From assembly GCA_965263355.1 (NCBI GenBank), contig CBDHHL010000032.1, positions 2,784,001 through 2,848,000 of the forward strand: a DNA stretch of 64,000 nucleotides, in the 5' to 3' direction. The notes below the pieces were generated by a model, which ran no database searches, was not told the origin of the DNA, and saw only the letters and a program-made list of their open reading frames with translations. A program made the position numbers and the translations under genes. How positions within the stretch are numbered: the stretch's first letter is position 1; every line of letters starts with the position of its first letter. Shown piece after piece: positions 1 through 9,398 of this stretch. The stretch is from Leptolyngbyaceae cyanobacterium. Its GTDB lineage: Bacteria; Cyanobacteriota; Cyanobacteriia; Phormidesmidales; Phormidesmidaceae.

Positions 1-3000
1 CATATTCTCCCAGACTATGACCCATAACCGCTGCAGGCTGAATCCCCCAAGACAGCCATAGTTGAGCTAAGGCATATTCAAAGGCAAACAGCACCGGTTG
101 GGTGTAGATCGTATCGTCAATGCCAGGGTCTCCTACCGCATCACCATAAAGCAGCTCTAATAAAGGAATATTCCAGGCCTGAAGGATCTCAGCACAGCGG
201 TTCAGGGTTTCCCTAAAAACAGGTTGAGTCTCATACAGTTCCCGCCCCATACCAACAGATTGAGATCCCTGCCCAGTAAAAAGAAAGACAATATCAGGTG
301 GATGGGGGAATGTTTTTGTTAACCGTAGGTTGGGTAGAGGCACGAAACCCAACTGCTCAGCAGACAACAAAGAAGAACCAATAGATTGATATTGTAGCCA
401 CGTTTGCAGCTGTTGTTGAAGATGATCAATAGAATCCACAACCAGACATAAACGGTGCGCAAAGTGTGCCCTACCAACACCTGTTGTAAAAGAGATATCA
501 ACTAAAGATAGATGAGAGTTTTCGGTTAGAAATATTTGATATCGTTTTGCTAAGTCACGGAGAGTGTTTTCTGTTTTTGCAGAGAGGGTAAACAGCTGCG
601 TGAGATTGGCGGTAGGTTGGCTGAGTTGTTGATTTGTGGCCTCTTCTAACACCATATGAACATTGGTGCCACCAATGCCGAGGGAATTAACGCTGGCCCG
701 TCGAGGATGGTCGCGCTGGGGCCAGTCGACTAGGTGGGTATTGACATAAAAAGGGCTATGGGCAAAGTCGATTTGGGGATTGGGCTTTTCAAAGTGTAGG
801 CTAGGGGGGATTTTGCCATGGTGAACGGCCAGGGCGGTTTTGATAAAACCCACCACTCCAGAAGCAATGTTGAGATGGCCCACGTTGGTTTTAACGGACC
901 CGATGGGGCAAAACTGCTGGGCCTGGGTACTGAGGCGAAAGGCCTGGGTGAGGCCAGCAATTTCAATCGGGTCACCGAGCTGGGTCCCCGTGCCGTGGGC
1001 CTCTACATACCCCAGGGTATCGGCAGGAATATTTGCGATCGCTAATGCCGCTGCCGCCACCCTGGCTTGACCCTCACTCAGGGGCGCGAGATAGCCCACC
1101 TTCTGGCCCCCGTCATTGCCCATGGCTGACCCCTTGATCACCCCATAGATAAAGTCGTTATCGGCTCGGGCCTCTGCTAATCGCTTTAGCACCACCAAAC
1201 CCACACCGCTGCCAAATAGGGTGCCTTGGGAGTTGGTATCAAACGCACGGCAATGGCCATCCGCCGACAAAATCATCCCTTCTCGATAAAAATAACCGAC
1301 TGTCTGGGGGGTTTCCACCGATACGCCCCCCGCCAGGGCCAGATCGCATTCCCCCTGCTGCAAACTTTGCGCTGCCAGGTGAATCGCTACTAGAGACGTG
1401 GAGCAAGCAGTTTGCACGTTGACACTGGGGCCACGCAGATTCAACTTATAGGAAACACGGGTGGTCAGATAGTCTTTATCATTGGCCACCGTCATCTGGA
1501 AGCCCGCCATGGAACTGAGGTTAAACACGTCCAGGGGATCTTGGGGGTCGAGGGTGTGGCGCTGGGGATAAACGTGGTTGAGTAAATAGGTATTCATCGA
1601 GGCCCCAGCATAGAGGCCGATGGAACCGTCATAGGTCAGGGAGTTATAGCCAGCATTCTCCAGACTTTCCCAAGCACACTCCAGTAAAAGACGCTGCTGC
1701 GGATCCATCAGTTCTGCTTCTTTGGGGCTATAGCCAAAAAAGTCAGCGTCGAAGCAATCTACCTCGTCCAAGGTTGGGCTGGCCTTGACATAGTCCGGAT
1801 GCTGGATAAAGGCCGGGTCCACCCCTGCCGCTAGAAGTTCCTCATCGGTAAAGAAGGTGATGGATTCTACGCCGTCCTGCAGATTTTGCCAAAATTCGTC
1901 TAGGTTTTGCGCCCCTGGGAAGCGACCGGCCATGCCAATAACGGCAATGTCAGTGGATTGTGGGGACTGCGATCGCACCCGCAGCCTTGGCAGCTCTATC
2001 TGTTGCCCTGGTAGCTGATCCGTTGGCGTTGCTGTTTGCTTTAAGTAAGCCGCCAGGGAAGCAATGGTCGGATATTGAAATAAGGTGGCCGCCTTGAGGG
2101 TAGGGTCCAGCTGATTTTGCAAATGGCCCAGCACCTGCATCAACCGTAGCGATGTCCCACCCAACTCAAAAAAATTATCGTCTTTGTTGACGGTATCCAC
2201 TGGCAAGACAGACTGCCAGATTTGGGAAATCGACCGGATCAAACGAGACAACGAGCGTCGGCTGGCCTGACCTGTCGCGGCCAACGCCTGAATAATCTGC
2301 TCACATTGAGACTCAAATGCCCCGGCTGTAAATTGCTGACTGAGTTGGCTGCGCTGAATCTTGCCAATGCTTGTTTTAGGAATCTCATGTTTAGCCAGGG
2401 GCACAACATAAGTAGGCGATATGCCAAGCTGCTCGATTATCTGGGACCGGATCTGTCGGATCAGAGGAATGGTAGCTTTGACCCCCTGCTCTAGTGACAT
2501 GCCAGCTGAGGGATGGAAAAAAATTGCCAGTTGCTCACTGGTATCGTCAGCCGTCTTGACGCTACAGGCTGCCGTAAAGGAAACTTCGACCCCATCTAAC
2601 GCTTCGACAATAGCCTCAATCCCATGGCTGTAGTAATTCACGCCATTGAGAATGATCATGTCTTTCTGGCGTCCTGTAATAGTGAGACAGCCCTGGTTTA
2701 ATCGGCCTAAGTCGCCAGTATTAAACCAATGATCAGCGGTAAATACCTCCGCAGTTAAGTCTGGTCGCTGATAATAGCCACCCATGACAGTTAAGCCTTT
2801 GACCTGTAGCCGACCAATCGTTCCTTCTGGCACCACCTGGTCAGCCTGATCCACAATTCGCACAGAAACCCCCGGAATCGGGTTGCCTAACTCTACAAAA
2901 TCATCGTCATCATCGGTGGAGTCTAAAGAAAAAGTCCTGGAATGCACAATGCCAGAGCAGGTTTCTGACATGCCATAACCGGGGCTGACCGCATTGGGTG

Positions 3001-4033
3001 CCAAGCCATGGGGACTGAGGAGTTGCAAAAATTGCCGGGCCGTTTTACCCACCACTGCTTCGGCTCCATTCCCCATCCATCGCAGCGAGGATAAGTCCCA
3101 TTGCCGCTGCGCAATAGTAGCCGCTTGGTCATTTATCAGACCATAGGCAAAGTTAGGCGCCCAAGTGGCGGTAACCTGATAACGCTCTAGCAAATCGAGC
3201 CAGGTCAATGGACTTTTGAGCACCAACTCCCGTGCTACATGAATTTGACAACAGCCTAGATAGACCTCGGTCAGGTGAAACATTACCAGACTGGCAACAT
3301 GTTCCAGAGGCATCCAGTTGAGCGTGACATCGGCGGCGGTCAGACCATTGACAGTGGCCATGCCATAAGCACTCACACGCAAATTACGATGGCTCAACAT
3401 CACCCCTTTGGGTGTACCTGTACTGCCCGATGTCAACAACAAAAGTGCCAGGGCATCCGGTTGCGGCACAACAGGTTCAGGGCTATCGATATTTTTTTTA
3501 TTGATTGATGGTTGAGTTTTGTCTATACGCAACGCTTCAATCGCCAGCTGTTTCACACTGAGGCCAGAGGTCTCCAGCTGATGAGAGAGAGCTTGCATCA
3601 GGGTTTGATCGGTCAGAATAATTGGTTGTTTCAACAACTGAACAGCTCCCAGCAAGGGTGAAACTGTGTCAGTCGTTTGAGCCATCTGGGGAGAAACAGG
3701 CACCGGGATACACCCCAACCAAATACAGGCCCAGAAAGCAGCTAATAAATCTGGACTATTGGCTAGCTGGAGAACAATAAAATCGCCAGCTGTGATTCCC
3801 TGGGACTGCATGGCAGCCGCTAACTGGATGGCATCGTCTCGCAGCTCAGCGTATAACTGTACTACTTCACTGCCATTAACATCAAGGTATCGAATGCATG
3901 CGTCGGTTTGCGCTGCTTGCAGCAGGGCCTCAATTAATGTGTGAGGCATTGTCACTGAGTCAGGAAAAGAGGGGCCGTTTGCGATTGATAAACCTGCGTC
4001 TTGACGCTCAAACTCCGGTTGTCCCAAGGTCAT
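1..4033 (-). CDS. Hybrid NRPS/PKS loading megasynthase (A/acyl-AMP ligase - ACP/PCP - KS - AT...), 3' end outside window
   Basis: Manual minus-strand translation from ATG 4033 (MTLGQPEFERQ...), in the same frame as the motifs at the window edge. A-domain motifs LLLTSGSTGTPKGVMLSHRN, WMPLEHVASL, GYGMSETCSG, WFNTGDLG, IPKTSIGKIQR; carrier motif DNFFELGGTSL (~2150-2180); KS motifs DIAVIGMAGRFPGA, MDPQQRLLLE, VQTACSTSLVAIH, GSVKTNVGH; AT motifs FLFTGQGSQ and GHSLGEY (2-22). Probably missing from the ORF track because no stop lies in the window. Confidence 0.92.
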   Translation of the reverse strand, partial: MTLGQPEFERQDAGLSIANGPSFPDSVTMPHTLIEALLQAAQTDACIRYLDVNGSEVVQLYAELRDDAIQLAAAMQSQGITAGDFIVLQLANSPDLLAAFWACIWLGCIPVPVSPQMAQTTDTVSPLLGAVQLLKQPIILTDQTLMQALSHQLETSGLSVKQLAIEALRIDKTQPSINKKNIDSPEPVVPQPDALALLLLTSGSTGTPKGVMLSHRNLRVSAYGMATVNGLTAADVTLNWMPLEHVASLVMFHLTEVYLGCCQIHVARELVLKSPLTWLDLLERYQVTATWAPNFAYGLINDQAATIAQRQWDLSSLRWMGNGAEAVVGKTARQFLQLLSPHGLAPNAVSPGYGMSETCSGIVHSRTFSLDSTDDDDDFVELGNPIPGVSVRIVDQADQVVPEGTIGRLQVKGLTVMGGYYQRPDLTAEVFTADHWFNTGDLGRLNQGCLTITGRQKDMIILNGVNYYSHGIEAIVEALDGVEVSFTAACSVKTADDTSEQLAIFFHPSAGMSLEQGVKATIPLIRQIRSQIIEQLGISPTYVVPLAKHEIPKTSIGKIQRSQLSQQFTAGAFESQCEQIIQALAATGQASRRSLSRLIRSISQIWQSVLPVDTVNKDDNFFELGGTSLRLMQVLGHLQNQLDPTLKAATLFQYPTIASLAAYLKQTATPTDQLPGQQIELPRLRVRSQSPQSTDIAVIGMAGRFPGAQNLDEFWQNLQDGVESITFFTDEELLAAGVDPAFIQHPDYVKASPTLDEVDCFDADFFGYSPKEAELMDPQQRLLLECAWESLENAGYNSLTYDGSIGLYAGASMNTYLLNHVYPQRHTLDPQDPLDVFNLSSMAGFQMTVANDKDYLTTRVSYKLNLRGPSVNVQTACSTSLVAIHLAAQSLQQGECDLALAGGVSVETPQTVGYFYREGMILSADGHCRAFDTNSQGTLFGSGVGLVVLKRLAEARADNDFIYGVIKGSAMGNDGGQKVGYLAPLSEGQARVAAAALAIANIPADTLGYVEAHGTGTQLGDPIEIAGLTQAFRLSTQAQQFCPIGSVKTNVGHLNIASGVVGFIKTALAVHHGKIPPSLHFEKPNPQIDFAHSPFYVNTHLVDWPQRDHPRRASVNSLGIGGTNVHMVLEEATNQQLSQPTANLTQLFTLSAKTENTLRDLAKRYQIFLTENSHLSLVDISFTTGVGRAHFAHRLCLVVDSIDHLQQQLQTWLQYQSIGSSLLSAEQLGFVPLPNLRLTKTFPHPPDIVFLFTGQGSQSVGMGRELYETQPVFRETLNRCAEILQAWNIPLLELLYGDAVGDPGIDDTIYTQPVLFAFEYALAQLWLSWGIQPAAVMGHSLGEY

Positions 4034-4205
4034 TCCTCACCCTCTGACGGATTGAATGAATATGTGCTTCTGAAGCAGCAGGATAACGGGTTACAGGCAT
4101 CTTGTAAAGATGATCGGGGCAACATATGAGATGATAATGGCTGCTAGTAAGTAGAATTTCAGGGTTACCTGTGATCTGTGACTATTCGCCCCTTTGTTTG
4201 AATGG

Positions 4206-5387
4206 ATGGAGACGCTCAACCTAATAATTTCCGATGAAACACTCCGAGAGGGAGAACAGCAGGTCGGGTTGTTTTTTGATGATAAGGCCGCACTTGCTCA
4301 ATTGATTTCCCAAACTGGCGTCCATCAGATTGCGCTGATGCCAGCCACCCATACCGCCGAGGCACAATTGGTTAAAAACCTGGCCAAACAGGGGCTACAA
4401 CAACAACTCGTTGCCTCTACCATGATGCGGCGATCAGCGATAGAGCATTCTAAAGATTGTGGTGTACGGCAAATAATTCTCTTTCATGCTGTCTCTGATC
4501 GACTCTTGTTTTTACGAGATCCAGCAGTTGCCGCTGATCCAAATCTGCATAGCAAAACAATTGATGAGGCGATCCCAGCGGCTGTTGTGCACCGCATTCG
4601 GCAGTCAATGTTAGCCAATGCCCTGGAACATGTGCGCTACGCTACTGATAAAGGATTGAGGGTTTGCTTTGCGGCTGAAGATGCTAGTCGAGCAGATTTT
4701 CACTTTTTGGTGGATTGTATTAATGCCTTAGGTCCCTATATTGACCAGTTTTTACTTTGCGATACGGTAGGCATTTTGACCCCTGAAAAAGCCTTTGTGT
4801 GGATTAGGGATTTACTGGAGTACACTCAATCGGTCCCCCTCTCAGTTCATTTTCACAATGATATGGGGCTGGCGTTGGAGAATACTATTCAAGCGGTACG
4901 GGCAGGGGCCATCGGTATTTCCGGGACGATGGGTGGGATTGGTGAACGGGCTGGCAATGCTCCATTGGATCAGGTACTGGGCGGTCTGCGGATGCGCTTT
5001 GGCTGGGAAGTGGCTGGCATTGATTACGATGCGGTTGATCGGGTGGTTGCTTATTTACACGATCAAGGTCACCGCCCCCATGCGCCCTATTCGCCTCAGG
5101 CCCAGCGCCATGAGTCGGGGATCCATGTGAGTTCATTGCTGCGCGATCGCAAAAGCTACACTGCCTTTCCCCACAGTCACCCTGATATTTGGTTTGGCAA
5201 ATGCAGCGGTGCCAGCAATTTGCAGTACCTGTTTGAGCATCACCTCAAGCAATCGCTCCAGCGCTCCCAGTATGAAAAGTTACGTTCAGCGATCAAAGCA
5301 ATTTCTATGCAAGAAAAACGCTCCTTTTCCGTCAACGAGGTGCTGGCCCTGATCGATGATCAGAACCTCCTCAGCAATCAAACATGA
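4206..5387 (+). CDS. LeuA/homocitrate-synthase-like acyl-CoA condensing enzyme (DRE-TIM metallolyase; HphA-like)
   Basis: ISDETLREGEQQVG, EDASRAD, LCDTVG, HFHNDMGLA, GIGERAGNA and HESGIH motifs; no C-terminal LeuA regulatory domain; ATG 4206 chosen over TTG 4194. Confidence 0.85.
   Translation: METLNLIISDETLREGEQQVGLFFDDKAALAQLISQTGVHQIALMPATHTAEAQLVKNLAKQGLQQQLVASTMMRRSAIEHSKDCGVRQIILFHAVSDRLLFLRDPAVAADPNLHSKTIDEAIPAAVVHRIRQSMLANALEHVRYATDKGLRVCFAAEDASRADFHFLVDCINALGPYIDQFLLCDTVGILTPEKAFVWIRDLLEYTQSVPLSVHFHNDMGLALENTIQAVRAGAIGISGTMGGIGERAGNAPLDQVLGGLRMRFGWEVAGIDYDAVDRVVAYLHDQGHRPHAPYSPQAQRHESGIHVSSLLRDRKSYTAFPHSHPDIWFGKCSGASNLQYLFEHHLKQSLQRSQYEKLRSAIKAISMQEKRSFSVNEVLALIDDQNLLSNQT
5124..5387 (+). 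repeat. Direct repeat copy 1 (264 bp; functional 3' end of the LeuA-like gene)
   Basis: catgtgagt...gcgatcgcaaaagctac...agcaatcaaacatga recurs at 6590-6852. Confidence 0.95.
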
Positions 5388-5551
5388 ATCATTATGCCTT
5401 CTACAACAAATCGATGCACAGACATAGTGGTCTTTTCAAAGGCAATGCGTTCCAAGGGGAAAAATAAGCATGAAAGTTTTCTGTAGCGTGGAATACATTC
5501 TATGCTTGCTGTCATGCTTTGCAGTCTGTCAAATACTGGTTGTTAGCACGC

Positions 5552-5863
5552 CTAATTATTATGCTTAGATTTTCGATTTAGTTCCAAAGCATTACAAAAG
5601 CTATTAAGACTATTCAGCAGCGAATTGTAATAAGCATAGGCATCATCCCGTTCATGCTGAAGACGCTCATATAGAGATAGCTCTGGCTCTGGCAGCAAAT
5701 CCTCCTTGGGAAAGTCTAAGCCCGCTGTAGCTAGGCGTGTTGAAGCAATAGTAATCAACAGTGCCCCAATTGAATCTCTTTTACCAGTCTGTAAATCTTC
5801 AACTCCAGGCAGAATCAACTCTGCCCCTGGCAAATCCTTTAGTCTCATCAGACGTTCCTTCAC
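5552..5863 (-). CDS. Small helical hypothetical protein, translationally coupled to the upstream nucleotidyltransferase (putative TA partner)
   Basis: 103-aa ORF whose GTG start overlaps the TGA stop of 5860..6399 by 4 nt. Confidence 0.7.
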   Translation of the reverse strand: MKERLMRLKDLPGAELILPGVEDLQTGKRDSIGALLITIASTRLATAGLDFPKEDLLPEPELSLYERLQHERDDAYAYYNSLLNSLNSFCNALELNRKSKHNN

Positions 5864-6399
5864 TGACTTTTATCTCTCATCTGTTTAATAAAAGTCTCAA
5901 TCCTGTCTTTGAGGATTTCAGGATCAATAGAAGGAAACCGAATTAGGTCAGGTTCAATCGCCTTGAAACAATTGTCCAGATTTTCTAACGAAAATAATTG
6001 TTGTGCATACATGGCTTGAACATCGCTAATATCACGTTCATAACCCCTGGAAAGTTTAGAGAGTGCCTGGGCCGTAAAATCATAGTGATAGAAGGAAACT
6101 TGGCCTTGTTTACCAATGAACACACTCCTATCCTTCCACCCTGGTAGTGGTGGTAAAAAATCTTGAGGAGATGCGAGTTCGATATTGATATTTAACTCTC
6201 GTTTGATTTTTGCAATAGCTTGAAAGACCCCTGAAGGTTCAGGATCCAATCGAATATCGATATCAACCGTTGAACTACGCCATCCAATCAATAGCGCACT
6301 GGCACCTCCAGTAAAATAAACACAGCCTGCACCAAGGGCTTCTCTGCCTAAGATATTCATCAGCTGCTTTATTTTTTTAGGATCAACCGTTGAACGCAT
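5860..6399 (-). CDS. DUF6036-like nucleotidyltransferase (Pol-beta superfamily)
   Basis: YFTGGASALLIGWRSSTVDIDI (GG...DxD) and C-terminal SKLSRGYERDISDV; start placed at MRSTVDP (6399). Confidence 0.75.
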   Translation of the reverse strand: MRSTVDPKKIKQLMNILGREALGAGCVYFTGGASALLIGWRSSTVDIDIRLDPEPSGVFQAIAKIKRELNINIELASPQDFLPPLPGWKDRSVFIGKQGQVSFYHYDFTAQALSKLSRGYERDISDVQAMYAQQLFSLENLDNCFKAIEPDLIRFPSIDPEILKDRIETFIKQMRDKSQ

Positions 6400-6589
6400 A
6401 CTTATAAAAAGTCTAAGGGGACAGTCATGTAAATCTATGGCCCATAATCGCCTATATTTTAAGGCTAGTTCATTAGCAAGGAGCAACCCCTTATTCTCTC
6501 ATTCTTATGATGCGATTTCATCCTGCGTTCTAATGCGCATTAATCATCATAAGGCTAGTTTCTGTCATAGAGGGTAGAATACGGCGCTG

Positions 6590-6852
6590 CATGTGAGTGC
6601 CTTACTACGCGATCGCAAAAGCTACACCGCCTTTCCCCACAGTCACCCTGATATTTGGTTTGGCAAATGCAGCGGTGCCAGCAATTTGCAGTAACTGTTT
6701 GAGCATCACCTCAAGCAATCGCTCCAGCGCTCCCAGTATGAAAAGTTGCGTTCAGCGATAAAGCAATTTCTATGCAAGAAAAACGCTCCTTTGCCGTCAA
6801 CGAGGTGCTCGCCTTGATCGATGACCAGAACCTCCGCAGCAATCAAACATAA
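6590..6852 (+). pseudogene. Direct repeat copy 2: decayed duplicate 3' end of the LeuA-like gene
   Basis: 263 bp nearly identical to 5124-5387, with a TAC>TAA nonsense change and a 1-nt deletion (gcgatcaaa>gcgataaa). Confidence 0.93.
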
Positions 6853-6928
6853 GCCATACCGCAGGGTGCGTTGGTCTGAGCCCAATGCACCGCTGATATT
6901 CTTTAAAGGACGGTGCGTTTGCTTTGCT

Positions 6929-8635
6929 TTAATCAGGTAACCGATCGCTAATTGCCCCACAGACAGCTGAAATTGCCACTGTACGCGGTGAAGCCAAATA
7001 GTTAGACGCCGATGGAGCACCACTGCGACCCTTAAAATTACGGTTGGTGGCATAGATACCCACTTCCTTTTGGCCCAGCACCCCTTGCCCCGCATTAATG
7101 CAAGCACCACAGCCCGACTTTAAAACCTGTGCTCCAGCCTTTTCCAACTGTTCCACATAGCCCAGCTCCTCAGCCTGCCGCCGCACTTCTTGGGACGCTG
7201 GCACCACAAATAAACTAACCGTCGGGGCGATTTGTTGGCCCTTTAGCACAGCTGCTGCCTCAGCTAAATCGTGTAGCTTACCCCCAGTACAAGAGCCAAT
7301 AAAGGCTCGCGTAATCGGTACATGGCCCAGCTGACTGATGGAGACCACCTGATCCGGTTTGGGTGGATTGGCCACCTGCGGTTCCAGGTCAGTCAAGTCA
7401 AACCGATGGCTTTGTTCATAATCAGCATCTGGATCAGAGGTGACCTCATTAAAGGGAATAGACGTGCGAGTCTCTAAATATTGCCGAGTAATGTCATCTA
7501 CGGGAATCAGACCACAGATAGCACCACATTCAATGGCCATATTGGCCAGGGTCATACGTTCGTCCATGGGCAACTGTTCAATCACGGTGCCGCAAAATTC
7601 AATCACGTTTCCCGTGGCTCCATCACACCCGAGCTTACCTAAGAGCAACAACATAATGTCTTTGGCGCTAATGTGAGGCGGCAATATGCCAGCCAGTTCA
7701 ATTTTGATCGTGGCCGGCACCCGAACCCACACATCGCCCATGGCAAAAATGTTAGCCATATCTGTGGTACCAACACCCATGGAAAAACAACCAAATGCAC
7801 CATAGGTACAGCTATGGGAATCCGTGCCCGCAATGACCATACCAGGACGGATAAAGCCCTGTTCCGGCAACAATACATGACAAATACCGGCAGCTTCGCC
7901 CGGAGAGATCACATCAAATAAATGGCAGCCTTGTTGTTGGGCAAAGTCCACCATTTGTTGATGCATCAAAACGGCCCCATTATCCGGTCGGATATCGTTA
8001 ATTTGGATAAAATGATCGGCAACAAAAACAACTTTATCAGGATCCCAAACCGATGCATTATCACCAAAGTGTTGATGGAAAAGTTGACCGACGGGACCTG
8101 CGATCGCATCGTGGGACATCGCTAAATCAACATTAGCAAAGACAACCTCCCCCGGCTGCACATATCGATTGCCTGACGCCTGGGCCAACAACTTTTCAGT
8201 CATCGTCATGGGGCGTTCTCGAGTCAGGCTAGAAAGCGTTGAGATTTCACCCTGACGACGTTTCTGATTGTAGGCGATCAGACCACCCGCCCGAATAATA
8301 TCGTCTACTGCAGCCGTTGGGTGAGACGACTCTATAAACTCAAGGAATAGACCAATATTAATACTGTTACGATAAAAAATTTCAGCAAAGGACTTCGCCT
8401 TAACAGTTTGAATCCCAGCCGCCTTAATCGCAATCGGCGCAAACTCACGACTGGAACCACAACCAAAATTATAGCCTGCCTCAATCATGTCATATTGGCG
8501 CAGTATCCCCGGTCCCAGTAAATGCTCAAACGCATAATAAGCTAGATGCTCCAAGTCATCATTCGTACCCCGCTGTGCAGGAATGATATCATCAGTATTA
8601 ATATCATCCCCTAAATAAAGAATAGAGTTAGGCAT
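6929..8635 (-). CDS. Fused LeuD(small)-LeuC(large) isopropylmalate-dehydratase/homoaconitase-like enzyme (HphCD-like)
   Basis: N-terminal DINTDDIIP, NFGCGSSREFA and SFAEIFYRNSINIG (small subunit), then MTMTEKLLA, SHD, DH, GTDSHSCTYGA, FIGSCTGG, CGAC, NRNFKGR (large subunit with 4Fe-4S cysteines). Confidence 0.9.
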   Translation of the reverse strand: MPNSILYLGDDINTDDIIPAQRGTNDDLEHLAYYAFEHLLGPGILRQYDMIEAGYNFGCGSSREFAPIAIKAAGIQTVKAKSFAEIFYRNSINIGLFLEFIESSHPTAAVDDIIRAGGLIAYNQKRRQGEISTLSSLTRERPMTMTEKLLAQASGNRYVQPGEVVFANVDLAMSHDAIAGPVGQLFHQHFGDNASVWDPDKVVFVADHFIQINDIRPDNGAVLMHQQMVDFAQQQGCHLFDVISPGEAAGICHVLLPEQGFIRPGMVIAGTDSHSCTYGAFGCFSMGVGTTDMANIFAMGDVWVRVPATIKIELAGILPPHISAKDIMLLLLGKLGCDGATGNVIEFCGTVIEQLPMDERMTLANMAIECGAICGLIPVDDITRQYLETRTSIPFNEVTSDPDADYEQSHRFDLTDLEPQVANPPKPDQVVSISQLGHVPITRAFIGSCTGGKLHDLAEAAAVLKGQQIAPTVSLFVVPASQEVRRQAEELGYVEQLEKAGAQVLKSGCGACINAGQGVLGQKEVGIYATNRNFKGRSGAPSASNYLASPRTVAISAVCGAISDRLPD

Positions 8636-8683
8636 ACCAACTGTAGAGATTAAGGACGTTTCCTAAATTCTTTCACAAAGCAG

Positions 8684-8728
8684 AAAAATAAGCAGCCTTT
8701 ACTATTAGCTAATAGTTAAACAGGCTGC
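8684..8728 (-). terminator. Intrinsic terminator downstream of the protease-TIMP gene pair
   Basis: Minus strand gcagcct...ctattagctaatag...aggctgc followed by ttattttt. Confidence 0.65.
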
Positions 8729-8880
8729 ACGGAAATTCTCTCCCTTTCAGAAAAACTATAGGAAGAACTGTATTGTTTCCGGAAAGGGAACACGGAGGGA
8801 CCCCAAGCAACATCTTTAAACTCTACACCAACCCCCCACTAAAACCTTAATCAGAAATACTCTTTACTTGTTAGCACCAC

Positions 8881-9324
8881 TCACAGACAAGGTCGAATCT
8901 TATGCAATTCCAATAAATCATCATTGGCTTGACTAAGCAACCGCGTGCGAGAACACTGATTAGTTCGCAAACTTCCCCCACGCTCTTGCCCATAAACCAA
9001 ATATGACTGCCCCACATCAAACATATAACCACAAGCAGCCATTGAAATCGGCGTTTGCACAACCACTGTATTCTCCAGATCACCTTTCCATATCTCGTCG
9101 ATGGCAAAAGTAACATTAAGTCTACCTTCACTGGTCTCTATCCCAGTCACCTCACCAGCAAAAACAACACTGGCCTCCATCAAAGCCTGCTCTGGAGGAA
9201 ATGGTGGTGCACAAGAGCATGAATAGGCCGGTTGGTTTGCCAGCACAATCAGACCTGTAGTCAATGTCAATCCGATTAGCAGAAAGAATTTGGCAGTTTT
9301 AGCGGGTATGAACTTGAGCATCAT
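8881..9324 (-). CDS. Secreted TIMP/NTR-like protein (putative metalloprotease inhibitor)
   Basis: Sec signal ending PAYS, mature start CSC-APP, then ASVVFAGEV, IWKG, ACGYMF, GQSYLVY and NQCS; the cysteine pattern matches the N-TIMP domain. Confidence 0.75.
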   Translation of the reverse strand: MMLKFIPAKTAKFFLLIGLTLTTGLIVLANQPAYSCSCAPPFPPEQALMEASVVFAGEVTGIETSEGRLNVTFAIDEIWKGDLENTVVVQTPISMAACGYMFDVGQSYLVYGQERGGSLRTNQCSRTRLLSQANDDLLELHKIRPCL

Positions 9325-9398
9325 GATTGAAATAGCCTTCTCTCATCACCCATGATAACGGTTGCAAGAGAAGGACTAGAACCGATTTGACATAGACC

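Noticed and set aside
319..3944. Numerous short ORFs in the supplied track
   Set aside because: They are shadow ORFs overlapping the continuous minus-strand NRPS/PKS frame.
6706..7110. 134-aa minus-strand ORF
   Set aside because: It overlaps the LeuDC 3' end in another frame and is antisense to the duplicated synthase fragment; no motifs.
4206..8635. Calling these genes leuA and leuC/leuD
   Set aside because: The short synthase lacks the regulatory domain, the dehydratase is a D-C fusion, and the PKS context points to paralogues in secondary metabolism; gene symbols withheld.
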